NCBI RefSeq assembly: GCF_001194135.2
Contig: NC_068981.1
Location: 18,394,767-18,458,766 of the forward strand
From: Octopus bimaculoides
Taxonomy: Eukaryota
Direction: 5' to 3'
Length of the DNA stretch: 64,000 nt
Shown here piece after piece: positions 1 to 12,678 of this stretch (its first letter is position 1; each line of letters opens with the position of its first letter). The notes under the pieces were generated by a model. It saw nothing but the letters and a program-made list of their open reading frames with translations, had not been told where the DNA came from and did not search any database. A program made the translations under genes and the position numbers.

Positions 1-212
1 GATAAATATTCTGATACAATTTCTGAATCACAGAACAAGCGATGGTCTCATGGGTTGGTGGTTTGGAATCATAGCAGGGCATTAATGTCAAATCATAAAA
101 ACTTTTGTTTAATTGTGAAGGCATTGTTGTTTTCTATTCTGATTTTGTTGCTTTTCCTTTATCTATTCTGTTGTATAACCATAGAACTGTTTCTTTTTCC
201 CATTCTACACAG

Positions 213-245
213 CAACTTCCTGATTATTACCAGATACTGTATCGG
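213..245 (+). CDS. BAIAP3: BAIAP3/Munc13-4-family gene, 33-nt internal exon (QLPDYYQILYR)
   Basis: Polypyrimidine tract plus CAG at 210-212 and GTAAGT donor at 246. Phase 0, joins 6899 in frame. Position matches the 'xxDFYxR' segment before the last MHD2 helix of BAIAP3/UNC13D. Upstream exons are not identifiable here, and BAIAP3 vs UNC13D orthology is not resolvable by eye. Confidence 0.72.
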
Positions 246-410
246 GTAAGTAAAATTAATTCATCTTTTCTAATTCTTTAGTATTTTTATTCTTTGCAGT
301 GAAGGCCAGTTGGTCCCTCCTACGTTCAAATGCATGTATATATAGAGTCTACGCTACATATAACCCCACACCAATCAGAGACAAAATAGATGATAAAAGA
401 AAAATATATA

Positions 411-830
411 CCGTAAATCCTCGAGTATAACCCGCACTTTTTTCCCAAAATTTAAAGGTCAAAATTTCTAGTGCGTACTATATACGAGGTTAAAAATGAA
501 AAATATTTTCTAAGCAAAATTTTTTAAGTGATAAATATGTAAAGGCAATTTACTTAATATTTATTTTTCACTGACGTTATTACTGTTATTTCTTAATTTT
601 CTGCAAATGCACAAAAAAGCTACATGTTTGCATTATGTTATATATACAATAATAATAAAGGACGTTACCATATATACGTTTACAAACCAAGGACGTTATA
701 TAGACCTCCTTGACTCAAGTTAGAGAAGGGGTGTGTATTATACACAAGGTTTACGTTTTTCAGAGGTACAGCCCCCTAAAAATCCCCTGTGTATTATACT
801 CAAGGGAGGATTATACTCGAGGATTTATGG
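411..830. mobile_element. Tc1/mariner-superfamily (Tc2/pogo-like) MITE
   Basis: 20-bp TIRs CCGTAAATCCTCGAGTATAA / TTATACTCGAGGATTTATGG (19/20 match), TA duplicated at 409-410 and 831-832, no ORF. Confidence 0.85.
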
Positions 831-1602
831 TATGTAGTGAAGAGATGAAATTAGAGAGAACAGTTGGTCATTAAAGTAGAATGAAAGCTGGCACTGAACT
901 ATGGAAAGGAATGCGTGTTCTAAGTCAGGGTTACCAATTTGTAGGCAACCGTGCAATAGTAGTGTCTTTAGTAGTCAGAGTGCTGGAATCATGATCGTAA
1001 GATTGTGGTTTCAATTCCTTGACCCGGTGGTGCATTGTGTTTTTGAGCAAAGCACTTCATTTTCTGCTTTTCTGGTCCTCTCAGTTGTCAAAAATGAGTA
1101 ATCCTGTGACACACTGGCATCCATCCTGGGTGAGTGGGGGGGGGGGTATATACATCAGAGAGTCCGAGCAACCGGCNNNNNNNNNNGGTATATACATCAG
1201 AGAGTCCGAGCAACCGGCCCTACAAGTCTATATGACTTGGGAAGGACCTTTATTTTTTGTATTCATTTATTGGTTTCAGTCATCAGATTGCAATCATGAT
1301 CTATCATTTTCAATGATATAGATGATTATATTTACCCCAGCACATGACTAGTGACCAACAGTTAAGTCAGCTTCAGCTAAACTCAGAATATAAAGAACTG
1401 TAATCAAATACCACTAGGTATTTTGTTTGATGATCTACTGATTCTTCCACCAACCATTAATATGCATCTTCCTAAAGTTTTCTTAGGTTTTAGGCTTGCT
1501 ACAAAACTTCTGACTCATTAATCTGGATATTATTCTGGTTTCCATGCTGTATAAATAACCTAAAGTGTAATATTTCTCACTGAATAGGGCACCACCCTGT
1601 TT

Positions 1603-1753
1603 CAGGGTTAATCCTCAATTGTTGCTGGTACTACCTCTTAAACAGTAACCACAGCCCATTGTAGGGTTAACCATTAGTTGTTTTTGGTATTACCTCCTGA
1701 ACAAGACTGCAGCCCATTGCAGGATTAACCATTAGTTGTTGCTGGTATTACTC
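1603..1753. repeat. About 2.6 copies of a 58-59-nt diverged tandem repeat
   Basis: Units (c/t)agg(g/a)ttaa...gttg(c/t)tggta(c/t)tacctc...cagcccattg start at 1603, 1662 and 1720. Confidence 0.7.
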
Positions 1754-2439
1754 ATGGATGGTTCTCTAGCCCATTCTCATTTTCAGCAGAATAGACTGAA
1801 GCAACATTAAATGCATCTGGGGATTGAAACCATGTCCTTATGACTGTCAGTTCCATACCCTAGCCACTGAGCCATACACCTCTATATTTCTAAAGTACAA
1901 CTTTGGATAGGAGGAATTTCAACCATGTTTCGTGGTCTGCTACCACAACAGCTCCTTTATAGGATCCAGTTAGCTCAAGACATCATCAGGAGGAACCACT
2001 TCCGGTTTCGGCCCCTACTCCTCTACCGTTTTGACGTGGTGCCCCCCCTCCCCTTTCGGAGGTGTCTTCAGCTCTGGTGTTGAGTGCATGTCTTCTGTTC
2101 CCTGGCCTTTTCGATGCAGCATCAATGAGTGTCAGTTCCATTTTGTCTTCATTTGTCAACAGATTTACCATTTGTTTACTATTTTAGTGGTGCCTCTCCT
2201 GAAGCCATTTCATTAGTGATGGGCTTTCCATGTCCAAGCATATGTAAACGTGCTATATACAAATGTAGAAACTTATATTTCAATAAATGGTACTTTGTGC
2301 ACTTTTATCTAACACATCCACCCTCACATATATATGCAAACCAACCCATGCCAGCATGGAAAATGGATATTAAATGATAATAACAATGATAATGCTGACA
2401 TATATAGGAAAGCATAAGAAGAAACTTAATACTTGAATA

Positions 2440-3860
2440 CTGGCACAAATTATTGATATTTACAGAAAATCACTTACATGTTTGTTTAAAGGAACTATGG
2501 AATGCCAAACTGACGTAAGAAATTGGCTTTCTTGGCTTTCTATAATACTAACAAATCTTGTAGCCAAGTTTAGAAACACCCACTTGGCACAAAACTATAG
2601 ACCTATTACTTGTCTAAACATTATGTAATATGTTGTAGATAAGTTGTTTAAATCAATTCCTTCTAAGACATTGCCAAAGCAACAAAATAAAAAGACAGGT
2701 GGGAAGATGTTGGAGTATGTGATGAAGAACATCTAGTCAATGCCATGCTGATTATGGTTTTATTATTGGAAGATGTTTGCTATTATTCTCTACCATTACT
2801 TGTTGGAATCATTACATTTGGTAAAAGTACCTGCTACCACTGATAGGCTTGCACAGGACCTGGTCAACAAGCTTCAGACTTTTAACTAAAAAGTGGGGTA
2901 ATTGTTTCTGATATTGCAAATCTTTCTTTGGAATATTCCAAGTTGACATTTTTCCTGTGCTACCGCTTATTTTGGTAATAAATTCACGGTCATTTTTTTT
3001 TTGTAATTTTGTATAATATGCTAAGCTTTACAACAGCAAGAACCACAATGCATCCAAGATTTCTTTGTTGACAATCTTAAGATCTATTCTGGAAATATTT
3101 ACAATGAACAGAAACACTGAACTCTATAACAATGAATTCAGTTGATATGGGGATGGGATTTAGCCAACAGAAATGCTTATACTGAATGAGTGAATGTGGG
3201 AAAATTACTTCTAAAATCAATAACCTTTACATCAATTGTCTTTCTGTTGCTCATGTTCCATACGATATGGGTTGCAAATACCAAGATATTGACAAAGAGG
3301 TATCATATAAAGGCACAGCGAACAAAGTTAGAATTGCAAAAGGATATTTTACACCAGGCTTAAGAAATATGGGAGTCAGGGTTTTATTCTGACAACAAAA
3401 TAATATTTCTCAATGAATTTGTAGTATCTGCATTGGGATACATAGCTTGTCTATCGCAGAGATCCACTCTTTGGATATTAAAACCTGGAAGAACCTGATA
3501 CTTATTGGAAGTCTTGTCAGAAATATATTGACAGGTTCTGTCTCAGAAGAAAAGATATGGCAAAAGGTTTAAGATCATTTCAAACAGCCTTTGAATTCTG
3601 TATGGTATCACTTGGACAGCATCCGCTTAACAACAACAACAAAAACATATAACTTAATTATATGTTCAAAAGTGAAGAGAACAACATTTCATGGACTGAA
3701 ATTGAATTTTTAATAAGTGTTCAGTGACCCGGAACTACTGGACTAGCATACTCACACCCCATCAAAACATGGGGGAGAAGCACACTACATATGCTACCGA
3801 CAAAAGATTATGCATGGGTATGCTTGCCATACACTGAAAGATAATGCTAATATTGGTTTC
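2440..3860 (+). mobile_element. Degenerate R4/Dong-like (RLE-clade) non-LTR retrotransposon RT remnant
   Basis: Frame-shifted fragments in the expected order: AQNYRPITCLNIM; LLESLHLVKVP; GIFQVDIFPVLPLILVINS; VDMGMGFSQQKC; EIWESGFYSDNKII; EIHSLDIK; YIDRFCLRRKDMAKGLRS; KIMHGY. Many stops. Confidence 0.7.
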
Positions 3861-4479
3861 AAATTTTGGCACAAGGCCAGCAATTTTGGCAGGAGGATGT
3901 AAGTCAATGAACATTGAGCCCAGTGTTTAACTGGTACTTATTTTATCGACCCTGAAAAGGTGAAAGATAAAGTTGACCTCAATAGAATTTAAACTCAGAA
4001 CATGGATGCAGACGGAATACCGTTAAACCTGTAGCATAGACTCTATATATACGTGCATTCGAACGTATCAGAGACCAACTTGCCTTCGGCCACTGTTTGG
4101 ATCTCATTGTGTTCACTACTCTGGTTGGTTGGTGTTGACATAATTTGTCTCCTACTCTGTTGGGCCAACTGACTGCAGACAGCCAATCAGAGACTTTAGA
4201 TAGCATCACGTGAACAACCTTTTTTGCACACTATTTCAAGCCTACTCCTTTCTACAAAAACCTAGCTTTTCCCTCAGTACAGGTCTTAGACATTTTTAGG
4301 TCTAGCCACTGACCACACAAGACACAGCCAGTTCCAGTGACGACACCACAGCAGCCACTTTGAGACTCAGCAACTTCGTCCAACAGCATTACAGCAACCT
4401 CCGTCTTCGTCACTACCATCATCTCTCTACATATATAGCTCAGCAAGCAACTCACCCAGGTTCCAAACACTTCTCTGCT

Positions 4480-4885
4480 GATCCCTAGTGAAATAATTCA
4501 CAAACAGAGTAACATTGTTGTGCTCCTTCATCAACTCCTGAGATCAACCTTCACCACTATTTCCCATGTCTTCCTTGGTCTTCTTCATTCACCGGTTCCT
4601 TTCACACGAATGACCAGTCAATTTTGCACCCAACTCTCTTCATCCATATGCATTACCTGTCCACACCAGTATAACCACTCCTGTTGTATATCAACAACTG
4701 ATTCATCTTTTACCTAATTTTTCTCTCAGCTCATCTTTACTTTGTCATTCATGCACACAAACATTACACAGAAAGCAGATCATACTTGCTTCACTTTTCT
4801 TTCCATCCTTAGCACATCTTCTACGTTCAGTGCTTATACCTCACTACCATGCAGCATCACAGTTCATACACAATGACCATTTACA
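4480..4885 (-). mobile_element. RTE LINE C-terminal remnant
   Basis: Minus strand reads TVMLHGSEV, the decayed form of the RTE MLHGSETW motif, and continues with RTE-like C-terminal sequence. Confidence 0.5.
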
Positions 4886-4950
4886 TCACATTTTGAAGGT
4901 TATGTTTCACATCATCTCCCCCTTTTCTCATCTCTATAGTTTTCTTACAA

Positions 4951-5897
4951 TGCTGGTACCACATGAATAGCACTCTTGCCAGTTCTGTGTATAATGTACC
5001 CCTGCTGGTACCACATAAAAAGCACTCATGCCAGTTCTGTGTATAATGTACCACTGCTGGTACCACATAAAAAGCACCCTTGCCAGTTCTGTGTATAATG
5101 TACCACTGCTGGTACCACATAAAAAGCACCCATGCCAGTGCTGTGTATAATGTACCACTGCTGGTATGAAATAAAAAGCACCCATGCCAGTGCTGGTACC
5201 ACATACAAAGCACCCTTACCAGTGCTGGTACCACATGAATAGCACTCTTGCCAGTTCTGTGTATAATGTACCACTGCTGGTACCACATACNNNNNNNNNN
5301 NNNNNNNNNNNNNNNNNNNNNNNNNNNNNNNNNNNNNNNNNNNNNNNNNNNNNNNNNNNNNNNNNNNNNNNNNNNNNNNNNNNNNNNNNNNNNNNNNNNN
5401 NNNNNNNNNNNNNNNNNNNNNNNNNNNNNNNNNNNNNNNNNNNNNNNNNNNNNNNNNNNNNNNNNNNNNNNNNNNNNAATAAAAAGCACCCATGCCAGTG
5501 CTGGTACCACATACAAAGCACCCTTACCAGTGCTGGTACCACATGAATAGCACTCTTGCCAGTTCTGTGTATAATGTACCACTGCTGGTACCACATACAA
5601 AGCACCCATGCCAGTGCTGTGTATAATGTACCACTGCTGGTAACACATACAAAGCACCCTTACCAGTCCTGGTACCACATAAAAAGCACCCTTGCCAGTT
5701 CTGTGCATAATGCACCACTGCTGGTACTACATAAAAAGCACCCTTGCCAGTTTTGTGCATAATGTACCACTGCTGGTACCACATAAAAAGCACCCTTGCC
5801 AGTTTTGTGCATAATTTACCACTGCTGGTACCACATAAAAAGCATCCATGCCAGTTCTGTGCATAATGTATCACTGCTGGTACCTCATAAAAACCAC
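4951..5897. repeat. Minisatellite of 52-nt and 32-nt units with TGGTACCA core, inside an RTE 3'-UTR element
   Basis: TGCTGGTA unit starts at 4951, 5003, 5055, 5107, 5159 (52-nt period), then 5191 and 5223 (32-nt period). N gap at 5291-5478. Followed by an RTE-type 3' end and (GAT)n tail up to about 6173. Confidence 0.9.
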
Positions 5898-6898
5898 CCA
5901 TGTTGGTGCCATGCAAAAGGCACCTGTGTCAGTGACACTTAAAGGAACCTGTGCTGGTGCAAACGTAAAAAGCACTGATGCTGATGTTATGTAAAAAGTA
6001 TCCAGTACACTCTGCAAAGTGGTTAATATTAGGAAGGGCACCCAATCATAGAAGCCATACCTAAGCAGACAGTTGGAGCCTGGACAGCTCTTTGGCTGGC
6101 CAACTCCTGTCAAACTGTCCAACCACTTGCCAGCATGGATAACAGATGTTAAATGATGATAATGATGATGATGCCGATCTACTCTAACCGTTTTGTTCTG
6201 CTATTTATCACCTCCTCTTCCTTGACTGACTCCTATTTCCTTCACCTCCCCACCAAACTGATTTTTACCATTGGCCCCATACCCCACCACCTGGTTGCAA
6301 TTTGTCCAGGGTGTTGCGCAGTGGGACTGAACCTGAAGCCATATCGCTGGAAAGCAAACTTATGCAGCCATGCTTGTGTACACTCACGCACACACACACA
6401 GATACTCACACACATGCGCGTGCGCGCATGCACATATATATTCATATATTCTCATATAAAACTAATTAATTTATATGTTGTGTGGTGTGTTTTATATAAA
6501 GGAAAAGCTGTTCTTTAAGATACATTGTCTTTCAAACCATCCTCTTAATATATTTAAAAAAAATATACTTTAATACTTTCTGTGTTTATGTCTTATATTT
6601 TCTTCTACTTTATTAACAAAATGTATAAACATTGTCCATTGTGTTCACATTTAAAGAGATCATTATTCATTATTAAGACTTGGTGTTAAAATTTATGTCT
6701 ATATCCTTCTGTCTTTTCTTGTTTTAAATATACATATATATTGATTGTTAGTCTTGTCTGGAGATTTTAAAATTTCACTTCAAAATTTGCATACATTTCA
6801 CTTCAAAAACATTTGACATATATGTTTCTGACATTATTGTTTGTTTGTTTCTTTTTATTTTTTTCTCACTACACATTCCCTCCTTTGTGATTCTGAAG

Positions 6899-7054
6899 CA
6901 TCTCCGCACACTTCGCATCTTCTTCCTGAGTCACCGAGAACAATTAAATGTGCATTGTGATGTTAGCCGACACATTGAGGAACGCTTAACTCTTAACTGT
7001 AAGACCACACAAGAACTGATGCTACAGTATCTATGCAAACTCTGCCAAGATCTG
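6899..7054 (+). CDS. BAIAP3: BAIAP3/Munc13-4-family exon, end of MUN/MHD2 (HLRTLRIFFLSHREQ...ELMLQYLCKLCQDL)
   Basis: Acceptor ttctgaag at 6891-6898 and donor GTATGT at 7055. 156 nt open, phase 0/0. 'EERLTLNCKTTQELMLQY' resembles 'EELRLHKCSTRECIEQY' (BAIAP3) and 'DLELQAASSRELIRKY' (UNC13D), both recalled from memory. Confidence 0.85.
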
Positions 7055-7749
7055 GTATGTATTTCTTCATACATCTTTTATCTTTTACTTCAACCATTGG
7101 ACTGCGGCAATACTGGAGCGCTACCTTAAAAACAAAACCTTACTGTGGTACATGCCATGAGAGGAACTCTCATATTGGCTCTTGGTACAAAATGCACTCT
7201 TGTTTATATCACTAGCAGGAAGATAAATCCCCACCACCTCCAACTTCAAAACCACCAGATCATGTGATTTCGACCTTGTTTAGTCTTGTCAATGGTGGAC
7301 ACTTGACTGCTAGAGATAGCAGCGACACATCTTCCTACCAGCAATGTATAGAAAATCAGTGCCAGAACTGGTGCTGGTGTTGTGATTAGCTTGTTAAAAA
7401 ATATATATTAGTGATGGAGGCAGTATTAACATTGAGAGGTCGTATTTATCTCCACTTAAATGTGGATGTTTTGTTTAGAATAATCTTTAATCTTTTCCTA
7501 AGGCAACTACTGCTGTAAGGGTTGTTCTAATAGAGTGTCCATGTTTAAGTAGGGATAAATATTACCTCCTAGTACTAATGTTTGTTTCCCTGTGTCTTTG
7601 TTCAAATCAAGTATTCATTATATTAGTCTGTTTTGCTGAACTGCTAAATTACAGGGACATAAACAAACCAACACCAGTTGTCAAGTGGTTGGAGAGGGGT
7701 GACAAACACAGACACAAAGACACTCACATAGACACACACACACACACAT

Positions 7750-7800
<51 letters not shown>

Positions 7801-7804
<4 letters not shown>

Positions 7805-7926
7805 GTCCCGGGTTCAGTCTCACTGTGTGGCACCTTGGGCAAGTGTCTTCTACTATAGTCTCGGCCCGACCAAAGCCTTGTGAGTGGATTTGGTAGACGG
7901 AAACTGAAAGAAGCCTGTCGTATATG

Positions 7927-7982
<56 letters not shown>

Positions 7983-8199
7983 TGTGTGTCTGTGTGTATG
8001 TTTGTGTGTCTGTTTGTCCCCCCAGCATCGCTTAACAACCGATGTTGGTGTGTTTGCATCCCCGTAACTTAGCAGTTCGGCAAAAGATACCGATAGAATA
8101 AGTACTTGGCTTACCAAAAATAAGCTCTGGGGTCAATTTGCTCGACTACAAAGGTGGTGCTCCAGCATGGCCGCAGTCAAATGACTGAAAGAAGTAAAA

Positions 8200-8201
<2 letters not shown>
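7801..8201 (+). mobile_element. tRNA-derived CORE-like SINE (family A), representative copy
   Basis: B-box-like GGTTCAGTC, CORE-like CACCTTGGGCAAGTG, internal (TA)n(TG)n and AAAAGA tail. Other copies lie at about 13901-14315(+), 23166-23600(-), 26866-27258(-), 38484-39085(+), 44260-44668(-), 48402-48838(+), 50383-50800(+), 50845-51535(-), 52072-52800(+) and 58751-59160(+). Confidence 0.85.
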
Positions 8202-8238
<37 letters not shown>

Positions 8239-9865
8239 AAATATATTTTTTTTACCAAAAAATTTGGTAAAAAATATAGTATCTGTTAACAATCTTAGCA
8301 AAAAACTCACAGTTGAGTTTTTGAATATATATCAACTTTAAATAGAGCTCAAAATTGATCCGTTGAAAATACTTTATTACAACAACAATAACAATAATAA
8401 TAACAAATAAATAGACCTATGTACATTTCGATAGAACATCCAGAATGATTAATACATATCATAAAATATTATAAAATATTATANNNNNNNNNNNNNNNNN
8501 NNNNNNNNNNNNNNNNNNNNNNNNNNNNNNNNNNNNNNNNNNNNNNNNNNNNNNNNNNNNNNNNNNNNNNNNNNNNNNNNNNNNNNNNNNNNNNNNNNNN
8601 NNNNNNNNNNNNNNNNNNNNNNNNNNNNNNNNNNNNNNNNNNNNNNNNNNNNNNNNNNNNNNNNNNNNNNNNNNNNNNNNNNNNNNNNNNNNNNNNNNNN
8701 NNNNNNNNNNNNNNNNNNNNNNNNNNNNNNNNNNNNNNNNNNNNNNNNNNNNNNNNNNNNNNNNNNNNNNNNNNNNNNNNNNNNNNNNNNNNNNNNNNNN
8801 NNNNNNNNNNNNNNNNNNNNNNNNNNNNNNNNNNNNNNNNNNNNNNNNNNNNNNNNNNNNNNNNNNNNNNNNNNNNNNNNNNNNNNNNNNNNNNNNNNNN
8901 NNNNNNNNNNNNNNNNNNNNNNNNNNNNNNNNNNNNNNNNNNNNNNNNNNNNNNNNNNNNNNNNNNNNNNNNNNNNNNNNNNNNNNNNNNNNNNNNNNNN
9001 NNNNNNNNNNNNNNNNNNNNNNNNNNNNNNNNNNNNNNNNNNNNNNNNNNNNNNNNNNNNNNNNNNNNNNNNNNNNNNNNNNNNNNNNNNNNNNNNNNNN
9101 NNNNNNNNNNNNNNNNNNNNNNNNNNNNNNNNNNNNNNNNNNNNNNNNNNNNNNNNNNNNNNNNNNNNNNNNNNNNNNNNNNNNNNNNNNNNNNNNNNNN
9201 NNNNNNNNNNNNNNNNNNATATATATATATATATATATCACCAGTCCTCAGTCAAATCGTCCAACCCATGCTAGCATGGAAAGCGGACGTTAAACGATGA
9301 TGATGATGATGATGATGATGATATATATATATATACATGTATATATAAAGTGATGAATAAAAGTAAATAGATGGCCTTCGATATATGAGGGAAATATATT
9401 CAGGTGTTATTTAAATACTTCAAAAAGAAACATTTATTAAGCAGTTAAGTATTCTAGGTAAACAAGTCCATGTTTGTGCAGCTAATTAAAAGGAAACATT
9501 ATTGTAATGTAACGTCTTTTAGGAAGACAATTTTATGTAGACATTTAAGAGTCTACTAAGGAGTTGACATTCAAATTCTGAAGTCATTTTATCCATTCAG
9601 AAATCTTTTTCATCTCTCTTGTATTCTTGAGTAGAAATTTCTGCAATTTTTGTAGCATATTTATTTTTTATGCAGTTAGTATTCTAGGATTGATAGCAAT
9701 AATGTGTGTGCATGAGTGTATGAGGTGTGTGTGTGTGTGGGTATTGCTCTTACCTTTACAAAACAGTAAACTGTATGTACGTATGTATCCATCCATCCAT
9801 CCATCCATCCATCCATCCATCCATCCATCCATCCATCCATCCATCCATCCATCTTCATGCTGTGA

Positions 9866-10800
9866 TTGAGAAGACCTGACAAGCCAAGTGAGACCATAAT
9901 CCATGGCCTATTGCCAGCAGTATAACCAGCCTACTTATGTGTAACTTTCTTTCGTTGGACACTAAACTTTGCTTGCGAATCAAAATCAAATTCGCTGACA
10001 TGGCCGATGACAGCACTGCCTGACTGGCACCTGTGCCAGTGGAACGTTAAAGCACCATCCGAGTGTGATCATTGTTAGGGCCACTGACTGGCTCCCGTGC
10101 CAGTGGCACATAAAAAGCACCATTCGAGCGTGATCGTTACCAGCATTGCCTTACTGGCACTTGTGCCCGTGGCACGTAAAAAACAACATTTGGACTGGCT
10201 CCTGTGCAGGTGGCACATTAAAAAAACACCTTTTGAGCGTGGCCGTCGCCAGTATCGCCTGACTGGCCCTCGTGCCGGTGGCATGTAAAAGCACCCACAA
10301 CACTCTTGGAGTGGTTAGCGTTAGGAAGGGCATCCAGCTGTAGAAACTCTGCCAAATCAGATTGGAGCCTGGTGCAGCCAACTGGCTCGCTAGTCCTCAG
10401 TCAAACCGTCCAACTCATGCCAGCATGGAAAGCGGACGTTGAATGATGATGATGATGATGATGTATATGTACAGATTGGAGCCTGGTGCAGCCATCTATT
10501 TCACTAGCCCTCAGTCAAATCGTCCAACCCATGGAAAGCGGACGTTAAACGATGATGATGAGGATGATGTCATCATCCTCATCATCATCATCGTTTAATG
10601 TCCACCTTCCATGCAGGCATGGGTGGGACGGTTTCACAAGAGCCGGCTAGGCTGAAGCCTGCACCAGACTTCTGTGACTGCTTAGGCAGGATTTTTACAG
10701 CTGGATGCCCTTCCTAACACCAACCACTCAACAGAGTGGACTTAGTGCTTCTTTCATGACACAAGCACAAAAGAAGGGAGTAGTGCTTTTTTACGTGGCA
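9866..10800. mobile_element. Cluster of RTE-LINE 3'-end fragments (two + copies tail-to-tail with one - copy)
   Basis: Shared 3' terminus ...cagtcaaatcgtccaacccatgctagcatggaaagcggacgttaaac(GAT)n, the same terminus as the RT-bearing RTE at 45775-47614. Further copies lie at about 9241-9320(+), 11909-12228(-), 19040-19760(+/-), 26176-26770(+), 28465-28632(+), 31706-32045(-), 39690-40490(-/+), 43133-43710(-), 45189-45610(-), 57960-58458(+) and 60544-60864(-). Confidence 0.85.
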
Positions 10801-12678
10801 CAAGAGGAGACATTGGAGGAGCTGATCTTGTGTTGGATGATGAAAAAGTTATAGTGAGGCAGATACAAGTGTCTTGCTGTAGAGGAAGTACAAGGTTACC
10901 CGGCCAGAGTGAGAAAGATCAGGAATGAAGATGGAAAGGAAATACTGCAAAAGAAATACACGGTTGTCCTACCTGATTGAAGTGCAAGAGAAGGAGAGAG
11001 AGTGGGAGACAGCAGGATAGTGATGGTGACAAAATGCCAGGCATACTCACAAGGGATGGGGATCAGAATATAAATGGGATGGTTGAGTAAAAGAAGAGTG
11101 AGATATAGATAGTGGCAAGTGCCAGGGCATACCCTTGAGGTTCAAAATGCCATAAGATAGGTGGCAGGATATTGTGAAGGGAGTGTGATTAAAGAGTGTG
11201 AGTAAGTGGCGAAAGATCTGGGTATATATAGAGTTAGAGGGGCTACCGGATAGCAATGATACAGAGGAATAAGGGTGTGAGGACAGGATTGGGGAGTGAG
11301 AGCTAGGCATAGTAAATGGAGGAGGCTAGCAGATAGATGGTAGAGTGAGACAGGGCATGTGGGTAGAACACACAGGTTGGGGGCAAGCAGAGAGCAATGA
11401 ATGATACAGTGGTACTGGGCCAAGTGGATAGGATTGGAGAGTGGGAGCTAATCAAAGTACATGAAGCAGAAGAGGAAGAGAAGAGATGTAAAGATATCAT
11501 TTGGTGTGTTATGGTAAAGTCTGTGAAAAGTTTTCTTGTTAATTATGAGTGGGACACACAGCACTTCTAGAACACAGTTTCACTGATGTGGGCAGGTCTT
11601 CTCAAGAACTTCATATCACCAAACATCTTGGTCCATTGTCATTTCTTTTGTGAGGCCCAACTTCCTGAGATTGGTCCTTACCATATGTATATATATATAT
11701 ATATATGTTTATATTTGTATGAGTTTAGAGGAATATATTATCCAGGCGGATACTGTGGTGGCGTTGAGTTATGTTCCAGGTTACGGCTAACAACATTGAT
11801 TAGTGTTTAAAGTCTATGACTGCTATTAGTTGTCATTCATGCTGTAAATTCCTCCAATGGGTAATTCTATGTTTGCTTCTCTGGATGGTAATACAATCTG
11901 GAGTGTATCATCATCATCATCATCATCATCGTTTAACGTCCACCTTCCATGCTAGCATGGGTTGGATGATTTGACTGAGGACTGGTGAGCCAGATGGCTG
12001 CACCAGGCTTCAATCTGATCTGGCAGAGTTTCTACAACTGGATGCCCTTTCTAGCCCCAACCACTCCAAGAGTGTAGTGGGTGCTTTTTACGTGCCACCG
12101 GCACGAGGGCCAGTCAGGCGCTACTAGCAACGGCCATGCTCAAAATGATGTTTTTTACGTGCCACCTGCACAGGAGCCTGTCCAGCGGCACTGGCAATGA
12201 CCTCACTCGAATGTTTTTTCATGTGCCAAGATTGAAACAGTTTGACGATCTCTGGTCTATCTTGAGGATTGTGAAATTCCATCATTTACCCTTAAGGAAT
12301 AAACATCTGAGGTATCTTCACAATATCACCAAAGAAATTCCTAACATTGATGAGATGCTGGTCCAATCTGATAAAAACAGGAAACTTATACAGACTTACC
12401 AAGGATTACTACCTAGAATTGCTTAGAAAAGAAATACAAAAGAAGTATAAGATTACTGGTAAAAGTGCTATCAGGAAAGCCAGCCTTGAGGCTAAGAAAA
12501 TTAGGGAGAAATATGACTTACAGACGAAGACTGAAGCTCTTGACCCCCAAACAACCCCTTTTTATTTTAAAAGATCACAAACCAAATTTCTTTAATAACC
12601 CAACACTACGACTTATTTATCCTTCTAGCTCTGACTTCGGTGTACTTAGCAAAAATTTTCTAGATAAATATATTCCTA

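Noticed and set aside
2-60. Possible upstream exon (INILIQFLNHRTSDGLM) joining exon 213
   Set aside because: No convincing GT donor gives phase 0 in that frame and similarity is too weak to support it.
1146-1218. 32-bp direct repeat across a 10-N gap
   Set aside because: Identical copies on both sides of a minimal gap indicate an unmerged contig overlap.
4951-5897. CRISPR-like appearance of the 52-nt array (and of the 18-nt array at 59529-59717)
   Set aside because: The sequence between palindromic cores is itself repeated, so there are no unique spacers. There are no cas genes and the context is a eukaryotic intron.
10800-11520. Purine-rich stretch suggestive of a LINE endonuclease remnant (minus strand)
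   Set aside because: No diagnostic motif could be read in any frame.
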